From: Eukaryota sp. GEM-RC1
Lineage: Eukaryota
Length of the DNA: 64,000 bases
Direction of reading: 5' to 3'
Assembly (NCBI GenBank): GCA_040285855.1
Contig: JAUFOQ010000017.1
Coordinates: forward strand, 248,001 to 312,000
In this document: one piece after another, positions 1-14,155 of the stretch
Layout of the letters: each line of letters opens with the position of its first letter
Position numbering within the stretch: the stretch's first letter is position 1
Program-made: the position numbers and the translations under genes
The notes under the pieces: generated by a model
What the model saw: the letters and a program-made list of their open reading frames with translations, nothing else
Databases searched by the model: none
Told to the model about the DNA's origin: nothing

Positions 1-510
1 ACAAATGCAAAATTTTAAATTTGTTCAATCTACAACACTTCGAACAAGCTCAAGAAATTGCCCTCACTGCGACTTCTCTTTTCAAAGAATCTGAAGATAC
101 CTTTCTAGCCTTTCTATATTCCATTCTGGGTTGCATCTACCAATGTACAAATGACACTATTGCCGCTCTTAATTCCTTTAGAAAGTCAATTGTTCTACTA
201 AGGAAGTCTTCGGATTCCAATGAAAAGATTTGCTGGTGATTCAGTCACTAACTGCTGGTGTTTTAGCTTCACTTGGTCAAGTTGAAAAAGCTAAACATTT
301 GTTATCACAAGTTCATGACCGTAGAATTGTTCTTTTGGATCTCAATCAGCGGAAGTTGCTTATTCTAAGAGGAATTTAGCAGTTTTAGGATACTCATTAG
401 GGGAAAACTGTATTGGACGGGAATTGCGAATGACTTTGAAAATATTTGAAAAATTGAAAATGGCAAAAGAAGCGTCTGAAACGAGAACTCTACTTAGCCA
501 ATTAAAATGA
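1..510 (+). CDS. 3' part of a TPR-like helical repeat protein; runs in from the window edge, two apparent -1 frameshifts (~225, ~336)
   Basis: ORF 21-239 has TPR-like helices (LYSILGCIYQC...ALNSFRKS). Adding one base in GAAAAG (223-226) and in CTTTTG (~336) continues the frame as LASLGQVEKAKHLL...EVAYSKRNLAVL to TGA at 508-510. Confidence 0.55.
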
Positions 511-709
511 TTGATTTGATGACGCCTCTGATTTTTTTCAAAAATTTTCAATCTACTTCTCTATTATTTAATCTTGTCGAGTATTTGTTTCATTATTTAC
601 AATTCCGTTACAATTTACTCAAAGATATAGGCAATCTGCGATATATATTAATAGTAAAATGTCAAACTGAAACAAAGAGCAAAAATACCGAATTTACTTT
701 AGTCTATAC

Positions 710-984
710 TTAATTTGGCATTTGGAAACTTCCCGTAGTATCTTTACATTCAGATAAAATCTCATCTACCTCTATAATTCTTTTCCCCTCTTTAAAGAAG
801 TACTTCTTCTTAGCAGCATCATAGGAAACCTTCTTCATTGACACTTTATCAGGATTCTCCATTCCCAGTTCTGTTCGTTGATTGCGATCTCTGGGTCTTT
901 CATCTAATAAAAGAGCTCATCTCCTTTTTCAATGATGTGATATCGGAAAGAAGATTCGGGAGGAGGAAATACACTGTGAGACAT
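710..984 (-). CDS. small hypothetical protein (~91 aa), one apparent frameshift at ~910
   Basis: Manual translation gives MSHSVFPPPESSFRYHIIEKGDELF/LLDERPRD...FQMPN* if one T is added to a T-run. No homology recognised. Confidence 0.3.
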
Positions 985-1063
985 TTGATTGGATAAGGAG
1001 ATGAAACAGCTGAATACAACTTAGCAGGTATCTGTAACTCTTCCTTTAGATAACGACTCAGAC

Positions 1064-1588
1064 CTACGGTTTGTAACCTAAAGTAAGTAAATGGAGGAAT
1101 AACAAACATTTGCTTGAGCATCGGATGGGTAAACATCGAGACAGTAGTGGATCATCATTATGGACAACTAAAATCTCTACTTCACTACTTTTGCACCGAG
1201 GGAAGCAGGCCCCATCTTTAGTTGCAAAGAGACCGCCACGTTTCTTATGGATCGAGTCACATGCATCCACGTCATCAGGGAGAGGACTGAAGAAGTTGGT
1301 CCATACAGCAGTGGTCACAAGAAGAAGTCCTATAATGATTAGAATGAGAGTGACTTTGGAGATTCGGGGATTAGGGTTCTGTTGAAGGGAGCTGATGGCA
1401 TAATAGAAGGCATATACACAAACTACAAGGGCCAAGAAATGGGGAATGTGATGGTAACGACCAGCGATGATTACACTGTGTAAAGCAATGAAAACTCCAA
1501 CAACAAAGATTGTTAGAAGGACTAGCAGGACGATATTACGTGTCTGGCGTCTTTTTGGTAACAAAGGAACGGTGTATTCTTCAAACAT
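1064..1588 (-). CDS. 3-TM membrane protein with a Cys-rich C-terminal tail; possible in-frame 30-nt intron at 1078-1107
   Basis: 174-aa ORF with three hydrophobic segments. GTTTG...TTTAG of 30 nt resembles the other introns in the window. Confidence 0.6.
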   Translation of the reverse strand: MFEEYTVPLLPKRRQTRNIVLLVLLTIFVVGVFIALHSVIIAGRYHHIPHFLALVVCVYAFYYAISSLQQNPNPRISKVTLILIIIGLLLVTTAVWTNFFSPLPDDVDACDSIHKKRGGLFATKDGACFPRCKSSEVEILVVHNDDPLLSRCLPIRCSSKCLLFLHLLTLGYKP

Positions 1589-1936
1589 AGCTCGAGCTGA
1601 TGGTGGTGAAGTTGGAAAATTTGATGAACTTCATCTTCATGTTGTACTATAGTTCGAGTGTAGTTCTAGTTCATTGTTCTTCTACTCTCCATAAATATAC
1701 ACAATTTGGATACACAAATTGTGTGCAATTAGTGACGTAACTTAAATAGAGTCAAGTATCTTGTTACATCAACTAAGAAATACCAAAGAAGTGATTTACG
1801 TGGTATAGACTAGTACACCATAGTGTCGTTTTGAATGGACTAGCTGTGATGAAACCATGTGTAAGAATTGTTTTAAGATCAATATAGATCTCCTACTTAA
1901 GATAACACAACTTTCGTTGAACAAATTTGAAATCAT

Positions 1937-3699
1937 TTATTCCGCAGCTTTTGGCTTTTCAGAACCTAGACGAGAGAGATCATCCATGAATTCCTTAGAA
2001 GTCCACAAATCAGTTGACCCCACCAGACCTTCAATTCTCTTATATTTACAGTAATCTAAAAGGCTATAATACTCAGTAATAGAGATTCCACCCAACACAA
2101 AAAACAAAACTCGGTCGTGAGTTCGACTCCGAGGTACAGCATTTTTCGGTAGTTTCGGATCAGTCAAAACAATCGACGGACTATAAGGTGCAGAAAACAA
2201 CGAGTTGAAAACAGAAATAATTGGTAAAGTTTTAAATCTATCCAACCCTGGAATATTGGCAACCGCCATCGACGTCATCATTTTGAGCCCTTTTTGAGCT
2301 AAATTCCTGAATCCAGTTTTTGGACTGGTATCAGCTTCTGGTGAAGTGAATAATTTCAATTCTCTACAAAACTCCAACGGACTCAGATCAGCCCCATCAT
2401 TTTTTAAAATCTGTATGAAATCCGCTATTTCATCCAAAGAAACATTTGCACAGATATAATAAATCAACAACAACCTCACTCTATCACTGACGTCACCAAA
2501 ACGTGAACCTTCCTCATTCAGACCTCCAATCAGATTTTTGACCCGGTCACGTACATGACGACCTGGAACTGAGCCATTCAGGTTAATCAACTGACTCTCA
2601 AGCTCAATAAACTCATCTAAATGACGTGATCGCAATTGGTCCAAGACTAAATGGCCTAATCTTGTGTGGGCATCAATAGACTCCTTTTTCTTAGCTAAAG
2701 TTCCTAAATTCGAGACAACTCTAGATAGTTCTGAGAACTTATCTTCAGGTTCTGCCTCTTCTTCCACTGAGTTTCTAGTGTTTGATTCTTTTGATAGGAA
2801 TCTAGGGCTTGTTCAACAGCGTTGGTGACCTCGAGTAGGTCTAAATGACCGTAATCAGCAAAAAGGTAATCACTATCATCCAAGACAATCATTTTTGATT
2901 GATTCTGACTGTTTGTAAACTCAATCTTACTCTTTTCCTTCAACTTTACAATATTCTTATCAGCCAAGTCAAACAGCATCGAATGGTAACCCCAAGAGTG
3001 AAGAAGAGGAGAAGAAAGATCAGAAACCCGATCAACTAGAATAAGAAGAGGTCTGGAAGGGGAGGAAGAGAACTGACTGATGGACTGGCGGAGGAGAGAG
3101 TCTAGTTGGGAGGCAACAGTAGCAGAGACGGAGCCAGAGGTGGTTTTGATTATAGGGACGGTGTTGAGGGCAGAACAGACGTGGAAGAGTTGGTTGCATA
3201 CAGAGGATATGAGCTGTTCTGCAGCTTGATCTTCTTTAGAGGAAGCAAGATGGTAGAGAGAGTGTTTGAGATTGAATGTGAAGAGATTTGGAAGAGGAGA
3301 AATGAAGTCCATGAAGGTATCCCTTACAGAAATGATCTTAGAGGCCAAATGTGACGGTATTGAGTCTGCAAAGGTTTTGAGAAGTTGAGTGGGAATTGGG
3401 GAAGTGAAGATGATGTAGGTTTGCTCATATAGCTCTTTTCCAACATCTGAGGATATGAATTTGATAGTTTCTTCAGTTGGGGAGACGAGATATACAGCAG
3501 GAACAGCAGGGATGGGTTGACGTTGGGAGTTTAGGTCTAGGAACAGAGTGAATCCTAGCTCGTACAGTGTACTTTGTTTGAACAGAGAAGAGACAAGCAG
3601 ATAACCATGAGAATCCAAGATGAGCAGTCTGAAAGGACATTCTTTGTTCTCAAAAGTAAGAGCATTCGTGAGTATGTCTCGTTGAGTGTTTTTGATCAT
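1937..3699 (-). CDS. SCFD1: Sec1/Munc18-family protein, Sly1-like; split by one -1 frameshift at ~2790
   Basis: Motifs RQPIPAVPAVYLVSPT, RPLLILVDRVSDLSSPLLHSWGYHSM, KKKESIDAHTRL and FFVLGG. The two ORFs join if A4 in CAAAAG is read as A5. Confidence 0.85.
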
Positions 3700-3808
3700 G
3701 GAAGTGGACTGTCAAGATTAAAGCTACTTTAGTAGAGGGGTTTTCAAGAGAATTTGACTTCTACTTCTGTTGTTACTACTGTAATCATCGTCTTTAACTG
3801 GTCAGGTT

Positions 3809-4981
3809 ATGAACACTACTATGAACTTGATTATCAGTAATGCGTCATTAACTTGTCTACTAAAATTACGACCTGTTTCACAAGCATTTGCTAACACATG
3901 TACTCAAACGCTCTCTTCAATAACACACATTGACGAACTTACACACAACCTCTCGATAAACCGCATATCCATTGTCTCTCACCTGTTCCCCAATGTTCAT
4001 AGCCTTTCTCTAGTAATGGGTAGCTTCATCATCTCTAATTACGATTACAAACCTCTTTTCCCTCAACTTGTCAAACTCTATTTCTACCACAGTCCACTCC
4101 GTGCTTCATTTGATTCTCTGTTATTAGAGCCTTGTAATCACCATTACATTGTCGCTTTTAGATCTCTTCAAGCTCCCTCTTGTCCGATTTTAGTTCCCTT
4201 TTCTGAGTTAGATTGTCTTTCTGGTAATTCTCCATTGGAGTTGAGTGTGGAAGAGAATGATTTAGAAGATTTAAGTGAACCATTGACTGGGGTTGAGTTG
4301 TTGTTGCCCCCAGAATCAATCAAACTCAATCAATTCAATGAAAAATATTTGAGTTTTTTCCCAAATTTAAAGTATTTGATCTCACGTGATCCTATTATGA
4401 GCTCATCTATCTGTGATTCTTCAATCACGTTGCTTACTAACTGGATTTCAGAAGATGGTCGTTGGTTTCCGAATATCCCCTTTTTTAAAAATAATCATTC
4501 AATTTGTAATTTAACTGATAGTGATTCTAAATTTTCACTCCAAAATTTCAAGTCTGTTGAGTTTAATGGCAGAATTAGGTTGTTTTTAGATTTAGCTTGT
4601 GATTGTAGATTTATTGAAAGATTAGTTTTAACAGTATCCGCTACTTACATTTTAATGTCAATCACGCCTTGTCGATTCAGCTTACGAAATAAGTTTCCAA
4701 ATTTGAAAATTCTGGATTTTGAAGGTCCAATTTCTCTTCTTCCAGTGCTTTCCATGATGTCAAATCAGTTGAAATTTTTAAAATTCACCACAAATTCTTC
4801 TAGTTACGAGCCCTTTGCTTTTGAATATCTTTTGTTTAATTCATTACAATTGGAACTTTTATGTGTCAACTTTTCACTTGGCGGGTTCGAAAACTATTCA
4901 GTTCACGAAGTTAATGGACATTTTGATTATTTAAGAGAACATGCTCCATTTGTTAAAATCATTTTAGATTGGACTTCATGA
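3809..4981 (+). CDS. hypothetical F-box-like/LRR-like protein
   Basis: 390-aa ORF. N-terminal LLKLRPVSQAF resembles an F-box C-terminus, followed by degenerate FPNLKxL repeats. Confidence 0.55.
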   Translation: MNTTMNLIISNASLTCLLKLRPVSQAFANTCTQTLSSITHIDELTHNLSINRISIVSHLFPNVHSLSLVMGSFIISNYDYKPLFPQLVKLYFYHSPLRASFDSLLLEPCNHHYIVAFRSLQAPSCPILVPFSELDCLSGNSPLELSVEENDLEDLSEPLTGVELLLPPESIKLNQFNEKYLSFFPNLKYLISRDPIMSSSICDSSITLLTNWISEDGRWFPNIPFFKNNHSICNLTDSDSKFSLQNFKSVEFNGRIRLFLDLACDCRFIERLVLTVSATYILMSITPCRFSLRNKFPNLKILDFEGPISLLPVLSMMSNQLKFLKFTTNSSSYEPFAFEYLLFNSLQLELLCVNFSLGGFENYSVHEVNGHFDYLREHAPFVKIILDWTS

Positions 4982-5133
4982 GAGGTAACTGGTATTCTTT
5001 TGATTTAATTTTGAATTCTTCTTTCAATTTTTATTGATCAAAATTTGAGGTGGTTTTTAAATTAAAGTAGTTTTCAACTAAGAAACATCATAAGATGCTT
5101 TCATTATCATTAAAAATATTTAAACCCCTAAAT

Positions 5134-8100
5134 TTAAAAATTCAAGTTCAATATCGGTATGTTCAGACCGAGAACTGTCTTTGCAACTGCAGTATCATTT
5201 TCCAGAAGTACTGGAGTTCTAATGAATTTCAAAATATCAGAATAATTTGAAATATTCTGATAACCCGTCCCATCATAAAATTGTAACTCTGTTTTTTGTT
5301 TCATTACCTCTTTAAATACAGGTGACCATTCTCGAACACCACTGAAACTTGTTTTTTTACCTACAATAATTAAACAGTCTTGTGCCCTGGACAACATTAC
5401 AGTGATTCTTTGTTCATCCTTTAGAAAATTTGAAATATTGCTTGATTTTGTGACCAGTGAGAGTATCACAATTCGTGCTTGTCTTCCTTGAAATTCATCG
5501 ACAGTGGCTACATTTGTAAAATCTATGGAATATTTGAAAAAAGTGACTGAATATATTTCTTTTGCTTCTTGTAAGGGGTGATAACTGCAACATCTGAAGC
5601 AGGAAAATGTTGAAGTAAGTATTGGACAGAGTAGAAAATCAATGAAGATTCCGCCATACAGACTTCCATTTGATTTCCTTGTTTATGAGAGACATTAACC
5701 CAATTGACTGGATTTTTGACCCATTTCAAGTGATTTCTGACCTTAAGCACGTCATCAAAGTCCTCTAAAATTCCTGAGTACCTCCATCGATACAAATCAC
5801 AAATACTCTTTAAACTTCTTCCTTGCTTGTCCAAAGTTATACAAGGGAATCCAATCTTTTGAAGTCTGGTGAACAAAGAAGTAGCAAGCCCTGGCCTACA
5901 CAGCAAGGGGGGAAGGGACATAAGGACGCAGCTGGCGGTCATCTCCAATTAAAACAATTCTCTTAAATAGGAGGGAGAAAAGAGGAAGTAACTCGGGTTC
6001 AGTGATTGTAGAAGCTTCTTCAACTACTAAAAGGTTGAAGGAGTAGTTGGATAGAAGGGGTAGTTGGAGGATGATAGAGTTGACTGTACCAGTGATTATT
6101 TGAGAATTTTTAATTATTAAATGTTTTCTTGTAACAGATTTCATTTTGGTAAGAGTTAGTAAGTTGTCAAAAGTGGTTTTAAATTGAGTGAAAAGGGAAG
6201 GTGGAGATGATTGGTCATCAAATATTTGAACAAATTTAGAATATTCAGATTGATTATCTTTTAAATCATTCAAGTACACTTCAAGCTCTTTGTAAACGCT
6301 AGTGCTTTTACCACTCAAAAATTTGAAATTTTCACAAGAAAGAGCTTCAAGACATTGATCAATGAACCCAAAATTGTCACAATTCAAATTTTTCAATTTA
6401 TGGAAAAAGCTTGAACAAAATTCATTTAACATTTCAATTTTACCTTTAAATGTAATTTGATTCACAATAGGCGAAGTTGTCTGAGCTCCAATACGTAACA
6501 TACAGTCAGCATTACAAATTTGATTGGACAATAGCTTTTCAATTATATTATCAATAGCTAAGTTTGAATGACTTAAAACAACAATTTTTTCATCTTTTTT
6601 CAAATTTTGTAGTGTAGAATATGCATTTTCCACGATTAAACTAGCTGTTTGCGTTTTTCCAGTTCCCGGAGGACCAATAATAATCGAAAATTTAAAAAAA
6701 ATTGAAGAAAACAAAGCCAATTGTTGATGAAAGTAGGGATTAAAAGCTGTACCAATCACGTCATGTGATTTGATTGTAATATTCTTACCTCCAATACTGA
6801 ATACAATAGAGTTTGCAGTGGAGAAATCATAGAAATACTTGAAATCTTTGAAGAATGAAGGAAGTTTCAATTTGTGAAGACATCGAATTATCTCCCAATC
6901 AGATAAAGAAACGTTAAGTGTGATGTCATCAATCAACTCAATAGGTAGATAGAGATCACTGATTGAACTCCTTCCTAAAATCATATTCTGTACCCATTGA
7001 TCTACTTTACACTCGTTCTTTTTGATTACGGAAAGTGATTTTAATAGCTCAAAATGCGCTCCAATATGACTTGAAGGAAAATACACACAGTCAAAATCAA
7101 GAACGTCATGGCCAACTCTTTCTGAGCTTGATGAGAGGGGATCATAGGGAAACTCGGAAGGTTTTAAAAAGAAATCGTCAATTATGATAGAGAAAGTTAA
7201 CTGGAAATACTTTGATCCCACTTCAGCAGTCATTTGAGGCAAGTCAAAAGTGGCGGTTTTTAACTGACTGACAGAAATGGAAAATGAATGTTTAACAGTA
7301 AAAGCACCTCGAAATAATGAGATTTTTGCATTTTTTAATTGGTGTGAATCTGTAGTTTGATCAAATTTGATAAATAAAGCATATGCAAAATCATGTCCGC
7401 TCTTAATCCAATTTTTAAAATTTTCTGAAACCACCACAGAGACAGAAAATTGATGATTACTTTGATTAGTCACTTTGCAAGGTCCAAAAACTGCCCCTGA
7501 TGACGATAGATCATCAATCACATCATCCTGATTAACAAGAAGAGATCGCAATCCTTCAACTGCCGAACAAGCAAGTGATACTCGATTCAAAACACACAAT
7601 CTTCGAGTGTAGTCTTCAAAATTTAAAAAATGGTTACATAATTCCGGTGGCACAAATTCCCCACTCATTAGAGCAGCTATGAGCCTTTCTGTCGGATGAA
7701 ATGATCCCAATCCAAGAAGATTATGAACTGTTGACGAGCTATGACGAAACCGAAGGTCAGGAACCCAAGCAAGTGGTTGTCCAGTTTCAGGATTTTTTAA
7801 ATGTTGCAAAATATTGAAGTCAAGTTCGGAGATGATTGAAAAAAGTCGACATTGAGATGAAACAGGCAATAATTTAAGAGAAAGTCCCACGCAATCAAGG
7901 AGACAAAATCGTTGATTGGCAGAAGGACAACTTCCACACGCAAGAAGATCCATCAACTTCTTGCTGGAGAAATGATCTCCCGACTTTCCCCTAATGGCAG
8001 GTTCATAATCAATCAAATGATTAGGGGTCAAATAAGCCAGAAACAAAGCAACAGATGTACCAGTTCCTGGAACAGAAGTCAAATTTCGCAATAGAGTAAG

Positions 8101-9053
8101 TGTCGAATACAATGTAGAAAGTTGTACTGAAAGTGATTGCTCAGAAACTGCAGTTGATGACGTGATGCAGGAAATAAGACTGTGATACATGTTTAACACC
8201 GGAAATAGGATGCAATCACGTAGAAAGAAAACTTCCATGGGGACTTTAGGAATTTTCATCCAAGAAAAGGACGATTTAATCAATTGTAAATGATTCATCA
8301 AATCAACTGATCTAAAGGGATCATCAAGGGAAAGTGATTGGGAAGGAGTTGATTGTAATTGATTGGGGAGAAACTGAAGGAACATCATATTACTGAAATA
8401 GAACTTTAAATCGTGAAAAATCCAGTCTTCGTGAGAATTACCCATCAACAAAGATAAAAACTCCGATATCGACTGTAAAAGTTGAATATTTTTAAAATCT
8501 CCTAAAACACGTGTTTGTTGCAGAATTGTAGTTAAAAATGTCTGCTTCAATTTTTCTCTAGAAAATTCAATTTCATGTGATAATATTGACAAACAATGTG
8601 AGGTCCTGTTATGAAGTCTAAAGTTGCATAATGTTAGAGTTAGCAATAATAGTTTTGGATCTGGTTTCCTCTTAAAAGGACCTTGGAAAAGAGGAAAAAG
8701 TACAAGATCAAGAATTCCAAAAGTATTAGCGTCTGAGAGAAGTTGGCAAAAGGAAAGTGAAGACGTAGGGTAGATTCTGAGGAGAGCTGATGAGGATCGA
8801 ACCAGCAGGTATCATTGGAAGAGAGTTCAGCGTTTGTTGTGTGAGTGACAGGAAGTTGTTGAAAGGATGAGTAGAAAGAATTTAAGAGCTTTGAATGTGT
8901 ATGTTCCCTGGATTGAAAGGACTCGGTATGAAATGAAGGAATGAAGAGATGGCAAAGCAATTGAATGACATCCTCAAGAAGAACAGTATCATTGAATAAA
9001 GATGTTAGGTCTTGTTTCTTCCAGAAAGACAGGAAAGACTGAACAAGAGTCAT
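5134..9053 (-). CDS. AQR: Aquarius (IBP160)-like SF1 spliceosomal RNA helicase; split by three frameshifts (~8690, ~5910, ~5540)
   Basis: GPPGTGKT, SHSNLAIDN, VEEAS (EE in place of DE, as in AQR), IGDDRQL, LDKQGR...LYRWRY, TVDEFQG, RITVMLSRA, and the AQR-like FLNFEDY segment. Confidence 0.75.
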
Positions 9054-9389
9054 AGATGAGATGGAAGTGGTTTCAATGAAGAATTAAGTCGTTCTTTAAA
9101 TTGAATTACATAGATATTAATTCTCGTTGTAGCAGGGATCGAAAAAACAAATTATATTGCAATAAATATTGCACGTCTTTTGATAGGCAATATATTTATT
9201 CCAACAATGGGTTATTATTGGTGATGCTCATCTTTGTCTTTCCTGTTTATCTTTGGATGCTCTGCGCTGTCCTATACAGCTCCCTCATCTCTCCAGTCCA
9301 AGGTCTTCTATGCCTCTTTCTTCAGCCTTCCGTTCCTTCACTCTTAGTCTCAAACAAGGGAAAATGGGAAATTTTTCATTGATAAACAA

Positions 9390-11967
9390 TGAAAAATAAA
9401 GAAGAGGCAATTCAAGCAAGTTTTTACACCGAAAAAATTAGAAAAAGATCTCATGGTCAGAAAGTTTTGTCTAAGAGGAAGATATGGTTCAGCAAAAGTA
9501 CTCTCTTTTCCGCTGAAATTGCGCCTTGCAATAATGACACTGTGAAACAATTAAATAATCTTCATCCAAAAAAAAATTTGCTTGTAAGAAGCCTTCTTCT
9601 CATGTCTATTGGCGAGAAAAACTAATTACAGCCACTCAGTTACGGAAGTTTGTTTTAAAACTGCCAGCTGAAAAAGCCCCTGGTCCTTATGGTATAACAT
9701 TTGATCTTATTGAAGCAGTTTGTCGCCAAAATCCAATGATTTTAGACGATTTATCGGAGTTCTTCAATGATGTTCTTCAGTTAAAAATTGAAGTCCCAAA
9801 GAAAAGTCAGCATCACGCTTGGTTGCTTAAACCAAGCCTAATGGTAAAATTCGTCCGATACCTGTTGGAGAATTTTTATATCGAATCTTGTCTGGTTTAG
9901 TTTTTGCAAGGTTTTTGGAACAAGCTCAAAAACTTCTGAATCCTTTCAATATGGCACTAGAACGATAGATGGAGCCACAGTAGCTGCCTCATCTTCGTAT
10001 CTTTTTTTCATTTCAGCAACAGCTAACTGTGTTTGTAATTTGGATATCAAGAATGCTTTTAATTCAGTCAAACGTTCAGCTATCTATTCTCAAATTCAGC
10101 AAACTTTTCCTGAACTTCAATCCTTTTTCAGTGTTTTTTATGGAACTTCCTCAGATCTTGTTTACAATTCTTTCACTTTATCTTCTCAATCAGGAGTCAA
10201 GCCTTGGAGATGCATTGGGCCCTTCTTTTTCTGCTTGGCCATTAACCCCATTTTACAATTTCTCAAAAGAAGTATGAAGATTTGGAAATTGTTGCTTACA
10301 TGGACGACATTTCGTTAATTGCACCAAAGTCTACTTTGGAAAAAGTGGCATCGGAAGTTTCTATTTTGTATAAGGAAATAGGCCTTGAACTCAACATTGC
10401 TAAATGTTTCGTAATTGCTGATCATTTAGAAGAACTGGTAATTGATGATATTAATGTCCCTTTCATTAATTATCGTTCATCTGGCTTTCGTTTTCTTAGT
10501 TGTTATCTCGGAAACAATGAACAAATTGAGAAAAAGTTGGACGAGTATCTTGTTGAAATTCAAAGTCAATTGAATCAGATCAAAACCCTGGCTCTAGAAA
10601 AACCCTTAAAGTTCTTTCTGCTGAAAGTGTGTTATTCTGGCAGAATCACCCATCTTTTACGATCTCTGACCCCTGAGTTATCAATTGATTTCTGTCTGAC
10701 TTTCAACAAAATTAGAACAGAATTCTTGGCTTATCTTTGCAAGTCAACCCGAATTTATTGAAAAATCATATTTTTTCCCATGTCAATTTAGGTGGAATAG
10801 GGTTTACAAGTTCTAGATACTGGACAAAAGCTGCTTTCATTGGTGGAGGGAAAAACTTTATATTTGAATTTAGTCAGAGATATCCTGACAAATTGTGTCT
10901 TCTTGAATCTGTAAACAGTTTCCATTTGAATAGTCTGCGTAAAGAAGTCAGTTCACTTAGTCCAGAAGATTGGTCCACTTGTTTTCCGAGAGAAATTCAG
11001 GATATCCCAGAAAGAAGTTTGGTTTCTTTAAGATTTGCTCTAAAAAAGTTTCAGCATCATCTTTCGAAACATTTTGAAAGTTTGGATTTTGTTGTTCGCA
11101 TTAGCTCGGCTAAACAAACTAATCCTACTTTCGCTAATTTTCTGTTAGATTTACAGGATAGCTCTGCATCAGCTTTCCTCAATCAAATTCCGCAAATTCA
11201 CGGATTGTATCTAGATGATCCTCAGTGGACCACTACAATGCGTTTTAGATGTTTTTTATGGCCTCATAATCTACCCAATGATTGTTACTGCAAATGTGGA
11301 CAATTGGTAACGTTATCTCATACATTTTCATGTTCGCATAACATAACTTATCGATCTGCTATCCATGACACTGTATGCGATCAGCTACATGCCATGTGCA
11401 AATCTTACAAAATTGATTCCTTCATTGATCCTTTGCTGAGATCTCTTGATATGGGCAAAGACGTGCTGACTTGATTATACCTTAATCTTCGGAATCTCTG
11501 ACAGTTATCGATGTTGTTTCAGTAAATGTTTGCAAGAAAAGTTGTAACAATTTTGTTACAAAGGAAATCTCTCCGTTAGACATTGCTGAAAATAACAAGC
11601 AAAGAAAGTATGCTGATCCTTTGAAAGACCTGAAACACATTGTCCATGTTGAATAGCCACTTGTCCCATTTGCGATTTCCATATGTGGTAGATCAGGCAA
11701 ATTGGCCTTGAAGTTCCTTGATGAATTTGTAAAGGTTGTAGCTCGTAGAACTAACAAAATATTTGATCGTTCTTTTGGCAGAACCGAATTGCCTTTACGA
11801 TTCTAAAGGCAGTTCACACAATGATTTCAAAAGCTTTGTTATCCCTAAGTGTGTTTTATGAAGACAAAGCTTCAACAAGGTTCGAATCGAAGGAATCTTG
11901 TTTTGATGACATTTAGTATTAGATCATCTTTTTCTATTTTCGCATAAAAATACACTTATAAAAAAAC
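9390..11967 (+). mobile_element. decayed, 5'-truncated CRE-like (RT plus restriction-like endonuclease) non-LTR retrotransposon
   Basis: KAPGPYG, KIRPI, DIKNAFNSV, GVK-GD, YMDD, FRFL; CKCG...H..SC zinc knuckle; HD...DV...K.RKY endonuclease region; A-rich 3' end. Contains stops and frameshifts. Confidence 0.85.
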
Positions 11968-12689
11968 GAAGGGTTTATTGCAATATGTCACAATGAGATT
12001 TATGTAGAGTAACTCTAACAAGTCTTGTTCATAAGAACACTTTCTTTCACTGCATATCCGCTCCAAGTCCAAAAAAGTTAAAAGACGACCTACAGTTGGG
12101 TTTAAAATCTGTATTGTCATCACTCAAGATCTACATACACACACTTCAAGCAATGAGATTTGTGGAAACTGGGACGTGTTTATTTACATACTGTATCAAT
12201 GAAAACACGATCTAGACATAGTGGCATCCAGCATTGCAATATATTTTTTTCGATCCCTGCCCAGAGTCTGTACCAGGAAGCATGAAGTCTTATCGTATAG
12301 TATATGGGACAGTAATGAACGTGGTATACGTACATGACGAATCGCTGAACAGTTCAAACACGCATATACATGACATCATAGGAACCATTAAAGTAAATAA
12401 GTATTGATACCAACAAAAGAACAATGTAGAAAGTTGAGTTATGGAGTTTGAACGTATATTGTGATCAAAAGAGGTGTCAAGATTTACAGTACGTTAAGGA
12501 GTACAATGAATGTTCTTATGCATGTATCTAAAAGGGTAACCGACTAAAAGCTCTGATGTTCTATTGACTGATTTCCATTAAGTAAATTTCAGTAAGAACA
12601 TCTCATTTTGCTACATTTTCACAGACCAAATTTTACCCAAAATACTGCAATATATTGCAATTATTTATTGCAATCATCACATCTTTGTT

Positions 12690-14155
12690 CTGTTTCTGGT
12701 GTTAAACAAGGAGATGCTCTTGGCCCCTTATTTTTTGTTTGGCTATTCATTTAATCCTGAAAAAACTGAAAGAAGAACATGCAGACTTAGAAATTGTAGC
12801 TTATATTATTATTTCCATATATAGTTGGACTTTCTTGCATTTTTGTTATCAGTGGATCCTACTGCATTGAACAATCACATCTTCTCAGATCCCGTTATTG
12901 TTTTTAAAAAAGTTTTAATACATTTTGAATGTCTGGATTTGAAAATTAGACTTGGTTTAGCCAAAACAGGGGTGCTAAAACAATATTGCTCTTCCAATAT
13001 TGCAATAAATACTGCTCCATCATTTTTTTCAGCTCTATGAGGTGGATCATTATTTATTGTTACACCGGGTAATTATTGCAATATTGGTCAATATACTTTA
13101 AGTTGGTCATTTCGTTAGTTTGCATCATCATTTGGACTTCCAAAACCAGGTTTGTTGTATTATTTGTTTAAATATAATGAGAGTTCTTTTATTGGTAATG
13201 ATTTCTAGTTGTTGTGTCATAATTTCTATCATTTGAGCTCAGATCGAGTGTTTATCGACGGACAATGTAAATGGTTTTCTCTGACATGATTTTCTCTTAT
13301 GTTAAGCCCTCTCGTCTTGAAATGCAAATAATGATGAAAGAAAACAATGATTTTTGGGATGAAGCTACATCATGAACAGTAAATAATTCGAAGATGTAGA
13401 TAATGGTATTGAGATTATTTTGGGTATTCCTGATGATGATGAACAATAGAATATGCGGGTTGTTTGTAATAAATACAGAAAATGATTCATATTTTTGCAA
13501 TAACTTATAGAACTTGTATTCATGATGCTGTCAGAAATCAAATTAATGCCATTTGTAAGTCCCACAAAATCGAATCTTTCGTGGAGCCACTGTTGAGATC
13601 TCTGGAAATCAATAATATAAAAAATAGTGATTCTGATAAGACTTTTGGTAAAACAAGAGCTGATGCCATAGTTCCATCAGTCGCTGATGAACTAATCGTT
13701 GTTGATGTGATTACTGTGGATGTTTGCAAAAAAATGCATTCAAGGGTGCTATAAATGAAGTTTCTCCACTTGATTTTTCAAAACAATACAAGAGAAGCAA
13801 ATATGATGAACCATTGAGTGCTTTCAAACATATTAGACATGTTGAGTACAAATTATGTCCTTTTGCGATTTCAATTTATGGTCGACTTGGTAGAGATGCT
13901 CTTTGTTTTGTCTCTGACTTTGAGAAAGTTGTCAAAAAAGAATGATCAAGAAATTTGATTTCAAGTTTTGGTTGAATCTTATTGTTTTACAATAATTAAA
14001 ACAATTCCTATCATGATTTCAAAAGCTCTGTTAGCTCTCAGTGTTTTTTATGAAGAAAAAAGCTGACGTGAGTTTTAATGACAGTGATTGTTGCTTTGAT
14101 GATATTGAGTTCTAGTATTTGTGTTTATTAGTGTTTTTGTTCCATAAATAAAACC
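12690..14155 (+). mobile_element. fragmented CRE-like retroelement pieces, interrupted by hAT-like subterminal sequence from 12967
   Basis: SGVKQGDALGP (~12695), IRLGLAK (~12950), YRTCIHDAVRNQ...RADAIVP...DVITVDVC...KY...CPFAISIYGRLG (13490-13945), AATAAA-rich end. Confidence 0.8.

Noticed and set aside
9390..11967. RT as a bacterial retron, group II intron or DGR
   Set aside because: RT followed by a zinc knuckle and restriction-like endonuclease, 5' truncation and many dispersed decayed copies indicate a eukaryotic non-LTR retrotransposon.
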